A stretch of 64,000 bases of DNA from Azolla caroliniana (GCA_043228905.1 JBHGNT010000006.1:248001-312000), one strand, 5' to 3'. Counted from the first letter of the stretch, positions 1 through 14,750 are shown. The notes: generated from the sequence alone by a model not told the origin. Numbers and translations: made by a program.

Positions 1-1859
1 ACACGAGCCAGGTATGAACATTTTAATTTACCTACTAGCTCTTCTCAACTCAATCCTCAAATTTGGTAATTTCGTCATGTCTCTCGACCTGAGTTTCAAA
101 ATCTTAATTTTTTAATTCCATATCATAGCTAGCGTTGTTAGCTTCGATTCGCATGTTTGAACACAAAAATCCGGTATCACACGAGCCAGGTATAAAAATT
201 TTATTTACTCAAGGGCTCCTCTCAACTCGCTCCTCAAATTTTGTAATTACGTCATGTCTCTCGACCTGAGTTTCAAAATCTTGATATTTTAATTCCATAT
301 CATAGCTAGCGTTGTTAGCTTCGATTCGCATATTTGTACTCAAAAATCCGATTTCACACGAGCCAGGTATGAAGATTTTAATTTACCTACTAGCTCCTCT
401 CAACTAACTCCTCAAATTTGGTAATTTCGTCATGTCTCTCGACCTGAGTTTCAGAATCTTGATTTTTTAATTCTATATCATAGCTAGCGGTGTTAGCTTC
501 GATTCGCATATTTGTACTCAAAAATCCGATATCACACGAGCCAGGTATGAACATTTTAATTTACCTACTAGCTCTTCTCAACTCAGTCCTCAAATTTGGT
601 AATTTCGTCATGTCTCTCGACCTGAGTTTCAAAATCTTGATTTTTTAATTCTATATGATAGCTAGCGTTGTTAGCTTCGATTCGCATGTTTGTACACAAA
701 AATCCCATATCACACGAACCAGGTATGATCATTTTTATTTACCTACTAGCTCTTCTCAACTCACTCCTCAAATTTTGTAATTTCGTCATGTCTCTCCACC
801 TGAGTTTCAAAATCTTGATTTTTTAATTCCATATCATAGCTAGCGTTGTTAGCTTCGATTCGCATATTTGTACTCAAAAATCCGATATCACACGAGCAAG
901 GTATGAACATTTTAATTTACATACTAGCTCTTCTCAACTCACTCCTCAAATTTCGTAATTACGTCATGTCTCTCGACCTGAGTTTCAAAATCTTGATTTT
1001 TTAATTCCATATCATAGCTAGCGTTGTTAGCTTCGATTCGCATATTTGTACTCAAAAATCCGATATCACACGAGCCAGGTATGAACATTTTAATTTACCT
1101 ACTAGCTCTTCTCAACTCACTCCTCAAATTTCGTAATTACGTCATGTCTCTCGACCTGAGTTTCAAAATCTTGATTTTTTAATTCCATATCATAGCTAGC
1201 GTTGTTAGCTTCGATTCGCATATTTGTACTTAAAAATCCGATATCACACGAGCCAGGTATGAACATTTTAATTTACCTACTAGCTCTTCTCAACTCACTC
1301 CTCAAATTTCGTAATTACGTCATGTCTCTCGACCTGAGTTTCAGAATCTTGACTTTTTAATTCCATATCATAGCTAGCGTTGTTAGCTTCGATTCGCATG
1401 TTTGAACACAAAAATCCGATATCACACGAGCCAGGTATGAAGATTTTAATTTACCTACTAGCTCTTCTCAACTCACTCCTCAAATTTCGTAATTACGTCA
1501 TGTCTCTCGACCTGAGTTTTAGAATCTTGATTTTTTAATTCCATATCATAGCTAGCGTTGTTAGCTTCGATTCGCATGTTTGAATACAAAAATCCGATGT
1601 CACACGAGCCAGGTATGAACAATTTAATTCACCTACTAGCTCTTCTCAACTCAGTCCTCAAATTTGGTATTTTCGTCATGTCTCTCGAGCTGAGTTTCAA
1701 AATCTTGATTTTTTAATTCTATATCATAGCTAGCGTTGTTAGCTTCGATTCGCATGTTTGAACACAAAAATCCGATATCACACGAGCCAGGTATGATCAT
1801 TTTTATTTACCTACTAGCTCTTCTCAACTCACTCCTCAAATTTGGTAATTTCGTCATGT

Positions 1860-4066
1860 CTCTGAAGCTGAGTGTCAAAATCTTGATTTTTTAATTCCAT
1901 ATCATAGCTAGCGTTGTTAGCTTCGATTCGCATGTTTGAACACAAAAATCCGATATCACACGAGCCAGGTATGAACATTTTAATTTACCTACTATCTCTT
2001 CTCAACTCAATCCTCAAATTTGGTAATTTCGTCATGTCTCTCGACCTGAGTTTCAAAATCTTGATTTTTTAATTCCATATCATAGCTAGCGTTGTTAGCT
2101 TCGATTCGCATGTTTGAACACAAAAATCCGGTATCACACGAGCCAGGTATGAACATTTTTATTTACTCCAGGGCTCCTCTCAACTCGCTCCTCAAATTTT
2201 GTAATTACGTCATGTCTCTCGACCTGAGTTTCAAAATCTTGATTTTTTAATTCCATATCATAGCTAGCGTTGTTAGCTTCGATTCGCATATTTGTACTCA
2301 AAAATCCGATATCACACGAGCCAGGTATGAAGATTTTAATTTACCTACTAGCTCCTCTCAACTAACTCCTCAAATTTGGTAATTTCGTCATGTCTCTCGA
2401 CCTGAGTTTCAGAATCTTGATTTTTTAATTCTATATCATAGCTAGCGGTGTTAGCTTCGATTCGCATATTTGTACTCAAAAATCCGATATCACACGAGCC
2501 AGGTATGAACATTTTAATTTACCTACTAGCTCTTCTCAACTCAGTCCTCAAATTTGGTAATTTCGTCATGTCTCTTGACCTGAGTTTCAAAATCTTGATT
2601 TTTTAATTCTATATGATAGCTAGCGTTGTTAGCTTCGATTCGCATGTTTGTACACGAAAATCCGATGTCACACGAACCGGGTATGATCATTTTTATTTAC
2701 CTACTAGCTCTTCTCAACTCACTCCTCAAATTTGGTAATTTCTTCATGTCTCTCGACCTGAGTTTCAAAATCTTGATTTTTTAATTCCATATCATAGCTA
2801 GCGTTGTTAGCTTCGATTCGCATGTTTGAATACAAAAATCCAATGTCACACGAGCCAGGTATGAACATTTTAATTTACCTACTATCTCTTCTCAACTCAA
2901 TCCTCAAATTTGGTAATTTCGTCATGTCTCTCGACCTGAGTTTCAAAATCTTGATTTTTTAATTCCATATCATAGCTAGCGTTGTTAGCTTCGATTCGCA
3001 TGTTTGAATACAAAAATCCGATGTCACACGAGCCAGGTATGAACAATTTAATTCACCTACTAGCTCTTCTCAACTCAGTCCTCAAATTTGGTAATTTCGT
3101 CATGTCTCTGAAGCTGAGTTTCAAAATCTTGATTTTTTAATTCTATATGATAGCTAGCGTTGTTAGCTTCGATTCGCATGTTTGAACACAAAAATCCGAT
3201 ATCACACGAGCCAGGTATGAACATTTTAATTTACCTACTAGCTCTTCTCAACTCAATCCTCAAATTTGGTAATTTCGTCATGTCTCTCGACCTGACTTTC
3301 AAAATCTTGATTTTTTAATTCCATATCATAGCTAGCGTTGTTAGCTTCGATTCGCATGTTTGAACACAAAAATCCGGTATCACACGAGCCAGGTATGAAC
3401 ATTTTTATTTACTCCAGGGCTCCTCTCAACTCGCTCCTCAAATTTTGTAATTACGTCATGTCTCTCGACCTGAGTTTCAAAATCTTGATTTTTTAATTCC
3501 ATATCATAGCTAGCGTTGTTAGCTTCGATTCGCATATTTGTACTCAAAAATCCGATATCACACGAGCCAGGTATGAAGATTTTAATTTACCTACTAGCTC
3601 CTCTCAACTAACTCCTCAAATTTGGTAATTTCGTCATGTCTCTCGACCTGAGTTTCAGAATCTTGATTTTTTAATTCTATATCATAGCTAGCGGTGTTAG
3701 CTTCGATTCGCATATTTGTACTCAAAAATCCGATATCACACGACCCAGGTATGAACATTTTAATTTACCTACTAGCTCTTCTCAACTCAGTCCTCAAATT
3801 TGGTAATTTCGTCATGTCTCTCGACCTGAGTTTCAAAATCTTGATTTTTTAATTCTATATGATAGCTAGCGTTGTTAGCTTCGATTCGCATGTTTGTACA
3901 CGAAAATCCGATGTCACACGAACCAGGTATGATCATTTTTATTTACCTACTAGCTCTTCTCAACTCACTCCTCAAATTTGGTAATTTCTTCATGTCTCTC
4001 GACCTGAGTTTCAAAATCTTGATTTTTTAATTCCATATCATAGCTAGCGTTGTTAGCTTCGATTCG
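1860..4066. repeat. Imperfect 7-monomer (1246 bp) duplication
   Basis: Private variants recur at +1246 (7x178): TCTGAAGCTG 1864/3110, TACTCCAGGG 2169/3415, TACACGAAAA 2656/3902. Confidence 0.85.
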
Positions 4067-7000
4067 CATGTTTGAACACAAAAATCCGATATCACACGAG
4101 CCAGGTATGAACATTTTTCTTTACTCAAGGGCTCCTCTCAACTCCCTCCCCAAATTTTGTAATTACGTCATGTCTCTCGATCTGAGTTTCAAAATCTTGA
4201 TTTTTTAATTCCATATCATAGCTAGCGTTGTTAGCTTCGATTCGCATGTTTGAATACAAAAATCCAATGTCACACGAGCCAGGTATGAACATTTTAATTT
4301 ACCTACTATCTCTTCTCAACTCAATCCTCAAATTTGGTAATTTCGTCATGTCTCTCGACCTGAGTCTCAAAATCTTGATTTTTTAATTCCATATCATAGC
4401 TAGCGTTGTTAGCTTCGATTCGCATGTTTGAATACAAAAATCCGATGTCACACGACCCAGGTATGAACATTTTAATTTACCTACTAGCTCTTCTCAACTC
4501 AGTCCTCAAATTTGGTAATTTCGTCATGTCTCTCGACCTGAGTTTCAAAATCTTTATTTTTTAATTCCATATCATAGCTAGCGTTGTTTGCTTCGATTCG
4601 CATATTTGTACTCAAAAATCCGATATCACACGAGCCAGGTATGAACATTTTAATTTACCTACTAGCTCTTCTCAACTCACGCCTCAAATTTCGTAATTAC
4701 GTCATGTCTCTCGACCTGAGTTTCAGAATCTTGATTTTTTAATTCCATATCATAGCTAGCGTTGTTAGCTTCGATTCGCATGTTTGTACACAAATATCCG
4801 ATATCACACGAGCCAGGTATGAACATTTTAATTTACCTACTAGCTCCTCTCAACTAACTCCTCAAATTTGGTAATTTCGTCATGTCTCTCGACCTGAGTT
4901 TCAAAATCTTTATTTTTTAATTCCATATCATAGCTAGCGTTGTTAGCTTCGATTCGCATATTTGTACTCAAAAATCCGATATCACACGAGCCAGGTATGA
5001 AGATTTTAATTTACCTACTAGCTCTTCTCAACTCACTCCTCAAATTTCGTAATTACGTCATGTCTCTCGACCTGAGTGTCAGAATCTTGATTTTTTAATT
5101 CCATATCATAGCTAGCGTTGTTAGCTTCGATTCGCATGTTTGAACACAAAAATCCGATATCACACGAGCCAGGTATGAAGATTTTAATTTACCTACTAGC
5201 TCTTCTCAACTCACTCCTCAAATTTCGTAATTACGTCATGTCTCTCGACCTGAGTTTCAAAATCTTGATTTTTTAATTCCATATCATAGCTAGCGTTGTT
5301 AGCTTCGATTCGCATGTTTGAATACAAAAATCCGATGTCACACGAGCCAGGTATGAACAATTTAATTCACCTACTAGCTCTTCTCAACTCAGTCCTCAAA
5401 TTTGGTAATTTCGTCATGTCTCTCGAGCTGAGTTTCAAAATCTTGATTTTTTAATTCTATATCATAGCTAGCTTGTTAGCTTCGATTCGCATGTTTGAAC
5501 ACAAAAATCCGATATCACACGAGCCAGGTATGATCATTTTTATTTACCTACTAGCTCTCCTCAACTCACTCCTCAAATTTGGTAATTTCTTCATGTCTCT
5601 CGACCTGAGTTTCAAAATCTTGATTTTTTAATTCCATATCATAGCTAGCGTTGTTAGCTTCGATTCGCATGTTTGAACACAAAAATCCGATATCACACGA
5701 GCCAGGTATGAACATTTTAATTTACCTACTAGCTCTTCTCAACTCAATCCTCAAATTTGGTAATTTCGTCATGTCTCTCGAGCTGAGTTTCAAAATCTTG
5801 ATTTTTTAATTCCATATCATAGCTAGCGTTGTTAGCTTCGATTCGCATGTTTGTACACAAAAATCCGATATCACACGAGCCAGGTATGAACATTTTAATT
5901 TACCTACTAGCTCTTCTCAACTCACTCCTCAAATTTGGTAATTTCTTCATGTCTCTCGACCTGAGTTTCAGAATCTTGATTTTTTAATTCCATATCATAG
6001 CTAGCGTTGTTAGCTTCGATTCGCATGTTTGAATACAAAAATCCAATGTCACACGAGCCAGGTATGAACATTTTAATTTACCTACTATCTCTTCTCAACT
6101 CAATCCTCAAATTTGGTAATTTCGTCATGTCTCTCGACCTGAGTTTCAAAATCTTGATTTTTTAATTCCATATCATAGCTAGCGTTGTTAGCTTCGATTC
6201 GCATGTTTGAATACAAAAATCCAATGTCACACGAGCCAGGTATGAACATTTTAATTTACCTACTATCTCTTCTCAACTCAATCCTCAAATTTGGTAATTT
6301 CGTCATGTCTCTCGACCTGAGTTTCAAAATCTTGATTTTTTAATTCCATATCATAGCTAGCGTTGTTAGCTTCGATTCGCATATTTGTACTCAAAAATCC
6401 GATATCACACGAGCCAGGTATGAACATTTTAATTTACCCACTAGCTCTTCTCAACTCACTCCTCAAATTTCGTAATTACGTCATGTCTCTCGACCTGAGT
6501 TTCAGAATCTTGATTTTTTAATTCCATATCATAGCTAGCGTTGTTAGCTTCGATTCGCATGTTTGAATACAAAAATCCGATGTCACACGAGCCAGGTATG
6601 AACAATTTAATTCACCTACTAGCTCTTCTAAACTCAGTCCTCAAATTTGGTAATTTCGTCATGTCTCTCGACCTGAGTTTCAAAATCTTGATTTTTTAAT
6701 TCTATATGATAGCTAGCGTTGTTAGCTTCGATTCGCATGTTTGAACACAAAAATCCGATATCACACGAGCCAGGTATGAACTTTTTAATTTACCTACTAG
6801 CTCTTCTCAACTCAATCCTCAAATTTGGTAATTTCGTCATGTCTCTCGACCTGAGTTTCAAAACCTTGATTTTTTAATTCCATATCATAGCTAGCGTTGT
6901 TAGCTTCGATTCGCATGTTTGAACACAAAAATCCGATATCACACGAGCCAGGTATGAACATTTTTCTTTACTCAAGGGCTCCTCTCAACTCCCTCCCCAA

Positions 7001-9782
7001 ATTTTGTAATTACGTCATGTCTCTCGATCTGAGTTTCAAAATCTTGATTTTTTAATTCCATATCATAGCTAGCGTTGTTAGCTTCGATTCGCATGTTTGA
7101 ATACAAAAATCCAATGTCACACGAGCCAGGTATGAACATTTTAATTTACCTACTATCTCTTCTCAACTCAATCCTCAAATTTGGTAATTTCGTCATGTCT
7201 CTCGACCTGAGTCTCAAAATCTTGGTTTTTTAATTCCATATCATAGCTAGCGTTGTTAGCTTCGATTCGCATGTTTGAATACAAAAATCCGATGTCACAC
7301 GACCCAGGTATGAACATTTTAATTTACCTACTAGCTCTTCTCAACTCAGTCCTCAAATTTGGTAATTTCGTCATGTCTCTCGACCTGAGTTTCAAAATCT
7401 TTATTTTTTAATTCCATATCATAGCTAGCGTTGTTTGCTTCGATTCGCATATTTGTACTCAAAAATCCGATATCACACGAGCCAGGTATGAACATTTTAA
7501 TTTACCTACTAGCTCTTCTCAACTCACGCCTCAAATTTCGTAATTACGTCATGTCTCTCGACCTGAGTTTCAGAATCTTGATTTTTTAATTCCATATCAT
7601 AGCTAGCGTTGTTAGCTTCGATTCGCATGTTTGTACACAAATATCCGATATCACACGAGCCAGGTATGAACATTTTAATTTACCTACTAGCTCCTCTCAA
7701 CTAACTCCTCAAATTTGGTAATTTCGTCATGTCTCTCGACCTGAGTTTCAAAATCTTTATTTTTTAATTCCATATCATAGCTAGCGTTGTTAGCTTCGAT
7801 TCGCATATTTGTACTCAAAAATCCGATATCACACGAGCCAGGTATGAAGATTTTAATTTACCTACTAGCTCTTCTCAACTCACTCCTCAAATTTCGTAAT
7901 TACGTCATGTCTCTCGACCTGAGTGTCAGAATCTTGATTTTTTAATTCCATATCATAGCTAGCGTTGTTAGCTTCGATTCGCATGTTTGAACACAAAAAT
8001 CCGATATCACACGAGCCAGGTATGAAGATTTTAATTTACCTACTAGCTCTTCTCAACTCACTCCTCAAATTTCGTAATTACGTCATGTCTCTCGACCTGA
8101 GTTTCAAAATCTTGATTTTTTAATTCCATATCATAGCTAGCGTTGTTAGCTTCGATTCGCATGTTTGAATACAAAAATCCGATGTCACACGAGCCAGGTA
8201 TGAACAATTTAATTCACCTACTAGCTCTTCTCAACTCAGTCCTCAAATTTGGTAATTTCGTCATGTCTCTCGAGCTGAGTTTCAAAATCTTGATTTTTTA
8301 ATTCTATATCATAGCTAGCTTGTTAGCTTCGATTCGCATGTTTGAACACAAAAATCCGATATCACACGAGCCAGGTATGATCATTTTTATTTACCTACTA
8401 GCTCTCCTCAACTCACTCCTCAAATTTGGTAATTTCTTCATGTCTCTCGACCTGAGTTTCAAAATCTTGATTTTTTAATTCCATATCATAGCTAGCGTTG
8501 TTAGCTTCGATTCGCATGTTTGAACACAAAAATCCGATATCACACGAGCCAGGTATGAACATTTTAATTTACCTACTAGCTCTTCTCAACTCAATCCTCA
8601 AATTTGGTAATTTCGTCATGTCTCTCGACCTGAGTTTCAAAATCTTGATTTTTTAATTCCATATCATAGCTAGCGTTGTTAGCTTCGATTCGCATGTTTG
8701 TACACAAAAATCCGATATCACACGAGCCAGGTATGAACATTTTAATTTACCTACTAGCTCTTCTCAACTCACTCCTCAAATTTGGTAATTTCTTCATGTC
8801 TCTCGACCTGAGTTTCAGAATCTTGATTTTTTAATTCCATATCATAGCTAGCGTTGTTAGCTTCGATTCGCATGTTTGAATACAAAAATCCAATGTCACA
8901 CGAGCCAGGTATGAACATTTTAATTTACCTACTATCTCTTCTCAACTCAATCCTCAAATTTGGTAATTTCGTCATGTCTCTCGACCTGAGTTTCAAAATC
9001 TTGATTTTTTAATTCCATATCATAGCTAGCGTTGTTAGCTTCGATTCGCATGTTTGAATACAAAAATCCAATGTCACACGAGCCAGGTATGAACATTTTA
9101 ATTTACCTACTATCTCTTCTCAACTCAATCCTCAAATTTGGTAATTTCGTCATGTCTCTCGACCTGAGTTTCAAAATCTTGATTTTTTAATTCCATATCA
9201 TAGCTAGCGTTGTTAGCTTCGATTCGCATATTTGTACTCAAAAATCCGATATCACACGAGCCAGGTATGAACATTTTAATTTACCCACTAGCTCTTCTCA
9301 ACTCACTCCTCAAATTTCGTAATTACGTCATGTCTCTCGACCTGAGTTTCAGAATCTTGATTTTTTAATTCCATATCATAGGTAGCGTTGTTAGCTTCGA
9401 TTCGCATGTTTGAATACAAAAATCCGATGTCACACGAGCCAGGTATGAACAATTTAATTCACCTACTAGCTCTTCTAAACTCAGTCCTCAAATTTGGTAA
9501 TTTCGTCATGTCTCTCGACCTGAGTTTCAAAATCTTGATTTTTTAATTCTATATGATAGCTAGCGTTGTTAGCTTCGATTCGCATGTTTGAACACAAAAA
9601 TCCGATATCACACGAGCCAGGTATGAACTTTTTAATTTACCTACTAGCTCTTCTCAACTCAATCCTCAAATTTGGTAATTTCGTCATGTCTCTCGACCTG
9701 AGTTTCAAAACCTTGATTTTTTAATTCCATATCATAGCTAGCGTTGTTAGCTTCGATTCGCATGTTTGAACACAAAAATCCG
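4018..9782. repeat. Tandem duplication of a 16-monomer unit (2847 bp)
   Basis: Offset 2847 = 16x178 - 1. Shared rare variants: TTTTTCTTTAC..CTCCCTCCCC 4119/6966, 1-bp deletion GCTAGCTTGTT ~5472/~8319, AAACCTTG 6864/9711. At least three SNPs separate the copies (4378/7225, 5782/8629, 6535/9382). Confidence 0.93.
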
Positions 9783-11529
9783 GTATCACACGAGCCAGGT
9801 ATGAACATTTTTATTTACTCAAGGGCTCCTCTCAACTCGCTCCTCAAATTTTGTAATTACGTCATGTCTCTCGACCTGAGTTTCAAAATCTTGATTTTTT
9901 AATTCCATATCATAGCTAGCGTTGTTAGCTTCGATTCGCATATTTGTACTCAAAAATCCGATATCACACGAGCCAGGTATGAAGATTTTAATTTACCTAC
10001 TAGCTCCTCTCAACTAACTCCTCAAATTTGGTAATTTCGTCATGTCTCTCGACCTGAGTTTCAGAATCTTGATTTTTTAATTCTATATCATAGCTAGCGG
10101 TGTTAGCTTCGATTCGCATATTTGAACTCAAAAATCCGATATCACACGACCCAGGTATGAACATTTTAATTTACCTACTAGCTCTTCTCAACTCAGTCCT
10201 CAAATTTGGTAATTTCGTCATGTCTCTCGACCTGAGTTTCAAAATCTTTATTTTTTAATTCCATATCATAGCTAGCGTTGTTTGCTTCGATTCGCATATT
10301 TGTACTCAAAAATCCGATATCACACGAGCCAGGTATGAACATTTTAATTTACCTACTAGCTCTTCTCAACTCACGCCTCAAATTTCGTAATTACGTCATG
10401 TCTCTCGACCTGAGTTTCAGAATCTTGATTTTTTAATTCCATATCATAGCTAGCGTTGTTAGCTTCGATTCGCATATTTGTACTCAAAAATCCGATATCA
10501 CACGAGCCAGGTATGAACATTTTAATTTACCTACTAGCTCTTCTCAACTCACTCCTCAAATTTCGTAATTACGTCATGTCTCTCGACCTGAGTTTCAGAA
10601 TCTTGATTTTTTAATTCCATATCATAGCTAGCGTTGTTAGCTTCGATTCGCATGTTTGAACACAAAAATCCGATATCACACGAGCCAGGTATGAAGATTT
10701 TAATTTACCTACTAGCTCTTCTCACCTCACTCCTCAAATTTCGTAATTACGTCATGTCTCTCGACCTGAGTTTCAAAATCTTGATTTTTTAATTCCATAT
10801 CATAGCTAGCGTTGTTAGCTTCGATTCGCATGTTTGTACACAAAAATCCGATATCACACGAGCCAGGTATGAACATTTTAATTTACCTAATAGCTCTTCT
10901 CAACTCAATCCTCAAATTTGGTAATTTCGTCATGTCTCTCGACCTTACTTTCAAAATCTTTATTTTTTAATTCCATATCATAGCTAGCGTTGTTAGCTTC
11001 GATTCGCATGTTTGAACAGAAAAATCCGATATCACACGAGCCAGGTATGAACATTTTTATTTACTCAAGGGCTCCTCTCAACTCACTCCTCAAATTTTGT
11101 AATTACGTCATGTCTCTCGATCTGAGTTTCAAAATCTTGATTTTTTAATTCCATATCATAGCTAGCGTTGTTAGCTTCGATTCGCATGTTTGAATACAGA
11201 AATCCAATGTCACACGAGCCAGGTATGAACATTTTAATTTACCTACTATCTCTTCTCAACTCAATCCTCAAATTTGGTAATTTCGTCATGTCTCTCGACC
11301 TGAGTTTCAAAATCTTGATTTTTTAATTCCATATCATAGCTAGCGTTGTTAGCTTCGATTCGCATATTTGTACTCAAAAATCCGATATCACACGAGCCAG
11401 GTATGAACATTTTAATTTACCCACTAGCTCTTCTCAACTCACTCCTCAAATTTCGTAATTACGTCATGTGTCTCGACCTGAGTTTCAGAATCTTGATTTT
11501 TTAATACCATATCATAGCTAGCGTTGTTA

Positions 11530-14500
11530 GCTTCGATTCGCATATTTGTACTCAAAAATCCGATATCACACGAGCCAGGTATGAACATTTTAATTTACCT
11601 ACTAGCTCTTCTCAACTCAATCCTCAAATTTGGTAATTTCGTCATGTCTCTCGACCTGAGTTTCAAAATCTTGATTTTTTAATTCCATATCATAGCTAGC
11701 GTTGTTAGCTTCGATTCGCATGTTTGTACACAAATATCCGATATCACACGAGCCAGGTATGAACATTTTTATTTACCTACTAGCTCTTCTCAACTCACTC
11801 CTCAAATTTGGTAATTACGTCATGTCTCTCGACCTGAGTTTCAAAATCTTGATTTTTAAATTCCATATCATAGCTAGCGTTGTTAGCTTCGATTCGCATA
11901 TTTGTACTCAAAAATCCGATATCACACGAGCCAGGTATGAAGATTTTAATTTACCTACTAGCTCCTCTCAACTAACTCCTCAAATTTGGTAATTTCGTCA
12001 TGTCTCTCGACCTGAGTTTCAAAATCTTTATTTTTTAATTCCATATCATAGCTAGCGTTGTTAGCTTCGATTCGCATATTTGTACTCAAAAATCCGATAT
12101 CACACGAGCCAGGTATGAACATTTTAATTTACCTACTAGCTCTTCTCAACTCACGCCTCAAATTTCGTAATTACGTCATGTCTCTCGACCTGAGTTTCAG
12201 AATCTTGATTTTTTAATTCCATATCATAGCTAGCGTTGTTAGCTTCGATCCGCATATTTGTACTCAAAAATCCGATATCACACGAGCCAGGTATGAACAT
12301 TTTAATTTACCTACTAGCTCTTCTCAACTCACTCCTCAAATTTCGTAATTACGTCATGTCTCTCGACCTGAGTTTCAGAATCTTGATTTTTTAATTCCAT
12401 ATCATAGCTAGCGTTGTTAGCTTCGATTCGCATGTTTCAACACAAAAATCCGATATCACACGAGCCAGGTATGAAGATTTTAATTTACCTACTAGCTCTT
12501 CTCAACTCACTCCTCAAATTTGGTAATTTCGTCATGTCTCTCGACCTGAGTTTCAGAATCTTGATTTTTTAATTCCATATCATAGCTAGCGTTGTTAGCT
12601 TCGATTCGCATGTTTCAACACAAAAATCCGATGTCACACGAACCAGGTATGAACAATTTAATTTACCTACTAGCTCTTCTCAACTCAGTCCTCAAATTTG
12701 GTAATTTCTTCATGTCTCTCGACCTGAGTTTCAGAATCTTGATTTTTTAATTCCATATCATAGCTAGCGTTGTTAGCTTCGATTCGCATGTTTGAACACA
12801 AAAATCCGATATCACACGAGCCAGGTATGAACATTTTAATTTACCTACTAGCTCTTCTCAACTCAATCCTCAAATTTGGTAATTTCGTCATGTCTCTCGA
12901 CCTGAGTTTCAAAATCTTGATTTTTTAATTCCATATCATAGCTAGCGTTGTTAGCTTCGATTCGCATGTTTGTACACAAAAATCCGATATCACACGAGCC
13001 AGGTATGAACATTTTAATTTACCTACTAGCTCTTCTCAACTCACTCCTCAAATTTGGTAATTTCTTCATGTCTCTCGACCTGAGTTTCCAAACCTTGATT
13101 TTTTAATTCCATATCATAGCTAGCGTTGTTAGCTTCGATTCGCATGTTTGAACACAAAAATCCGGTATCACAGGAGCCAGGTATGAACATTTTTATTTAC
13201 TCAAGGGCTCCTCTCAACTCGCTCCTCAAATTTTGTAATTTCGTCATGTCTCTCGACCTGAGTTTCAGAATCTTGATTTTTTAATTCTATATCATAGCTA
13301 GCGGTGTTAGCTTCGATTCGCATATTTATACTCAAAAATCCGATATCACACGACCCAGGTAGGAACATTTTAATTTACCTACTAGCTCTTCTCAACTCAG
13401 TCCTCAAATTTGGTAATTTCGTCATGTCTCTCGACCTGAGTTTCAAAATCTTGATTTTTTAATTCTATCTGATAGCTAGCGTTGTTAGCTTCGATTCGCA
13501 TGTTTGTACACAAAAATCCGATGTCACACGAACCAGGTATGATCATTTTTATTTACCTACTAGCTCTTCTCAACTCACTCCTCAAATTTGGTAATTTCTT
13601 CATGTCTCTCGACCTGAGTTTCAAAATCTTGATTTTTTAATTCTATATCATAGCTACCGTTGTTAGCTTCGATTCGCATGTTTGAACACAAAAATCCGAT
13701 ATCACACGAGCCAGGTATGAACATTTTTATTTACCTACTAGCTCTTCTCAACTCACTCCTCAAATTTGGTAATTTCTTCATGTCTCTCGACCTGAGTTTC
13801 AAAATCTTGATTTTTTAATTCCATATCATAGCTAGCGTTGTTAGCTTCGATTCGCATATTTGTACTCAAAAATCCGATATCACACGAGCCAGGTATGAAC
13901 ATTTTAATTTACCTACTAGCTCTTCTCAACTCAATCCTCAAATTTGGTAATTTCGTCATGTCTCTCGACCTGAGTTTCAAAATCTTGATTTTTTAATTCC
14001 ATATCATAGCTAGCGTTGTTAGCTTCGATTCGCATGTTTGTACACAAATATCCGATATCACACGAGCCAGGTATGAACATTTTTATTTACCTACTAGCTC
14101 TTCTCAACTCACTCCTCAAATTTGGTAATTACGTCATGTCTCTCGACCTGAGTTTCAAAATCTTGATTTTTAAATTCCATATCATAGCTAGCGTTGTTAG
14201 CTTCGATTCGCATATTTGTACTCAAAAATCCGATATCACACGAGCCAGGTATGAAGATTTTAATTTACCTACTAGCTCCTCTCAACTAACTCCTCAAATT
14301 TGGTAATTTCGTCATGTCTCTCGACCTGAGTTTCAAAATCTTTATTTTTTAATTCCATATCATAGCTAGCGTTGTTAGCTTCGATTCGCATATTTGTACT
14401 CAAAAATCCGATATCACACGAGCCAGGTATGAACATTTTAATTTACCTACTAGCTCTTCTCAACTCACGCCTCAAATTTCGTAATTACGTCATGTCTCTC

Positions 14501-14750
14501 GACCTGAGTTTCAGAATCTTGATTTTTTAATTCCATATCATAGCTAGCGTTGTTAGCTTCGATTCGCATATTTGTACTCAAAAATCCGATATCACACGAG
14601 CCAGGTATGAACATTTTAATTTACCTACTAGCTCTTCTCAACTCACTCCTCAAATTTCGTAATTACGTCATGTCTCTCGACCTGAGTTTCAGAATCTTGA
14701 TTTTTTAATTCCATATCATAGCTAGCGTTGTTAGCTTCGATTCGCATGTT
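11530..14750. repeat. ~5-monomer block repeated at 13-monomer spacing (2314 bp)
   Basis: Identical ORF-track translations at 11702 and 14016 (2314 = 13x178). The CAAATATCC and TTTTTAAATTCC variants and the following CACGCCTC monomer occur in the same order in both copies. Confidence 0.85.

Noticed and set aside
1-178. Identity with Arabidopsis CEN178, primate alpha satellite, 5S rDNA or tRNA-derived repeats
   Set aside because: Only the length is similar. I see no recognisable sequence match, 5S coding region, Pol III A/B boxes or cloverleaf. A database search is needed to exclude distant homology.
180-275. Hairpin or template-switch origin of the B haplotype (GAGCC..GGCTC; ACTCAAGG vs reverse complement of CCTGAGT)
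   Set aside because: Only 5-7 bp of imperfect complementarity, which is not distinguishable from chance.
3907-3924. CENP-B-box-like motif on the minus strand of E-type monomers (TTCG TGTG A CA TCGG A)
   Set aside because: It matches only 7 of 9 core positions of TTCGNNNNANNCGGG and misplaces the essential second CpG; consensus monomers match only 6 of 9. This level of similarity is plausible by chance.
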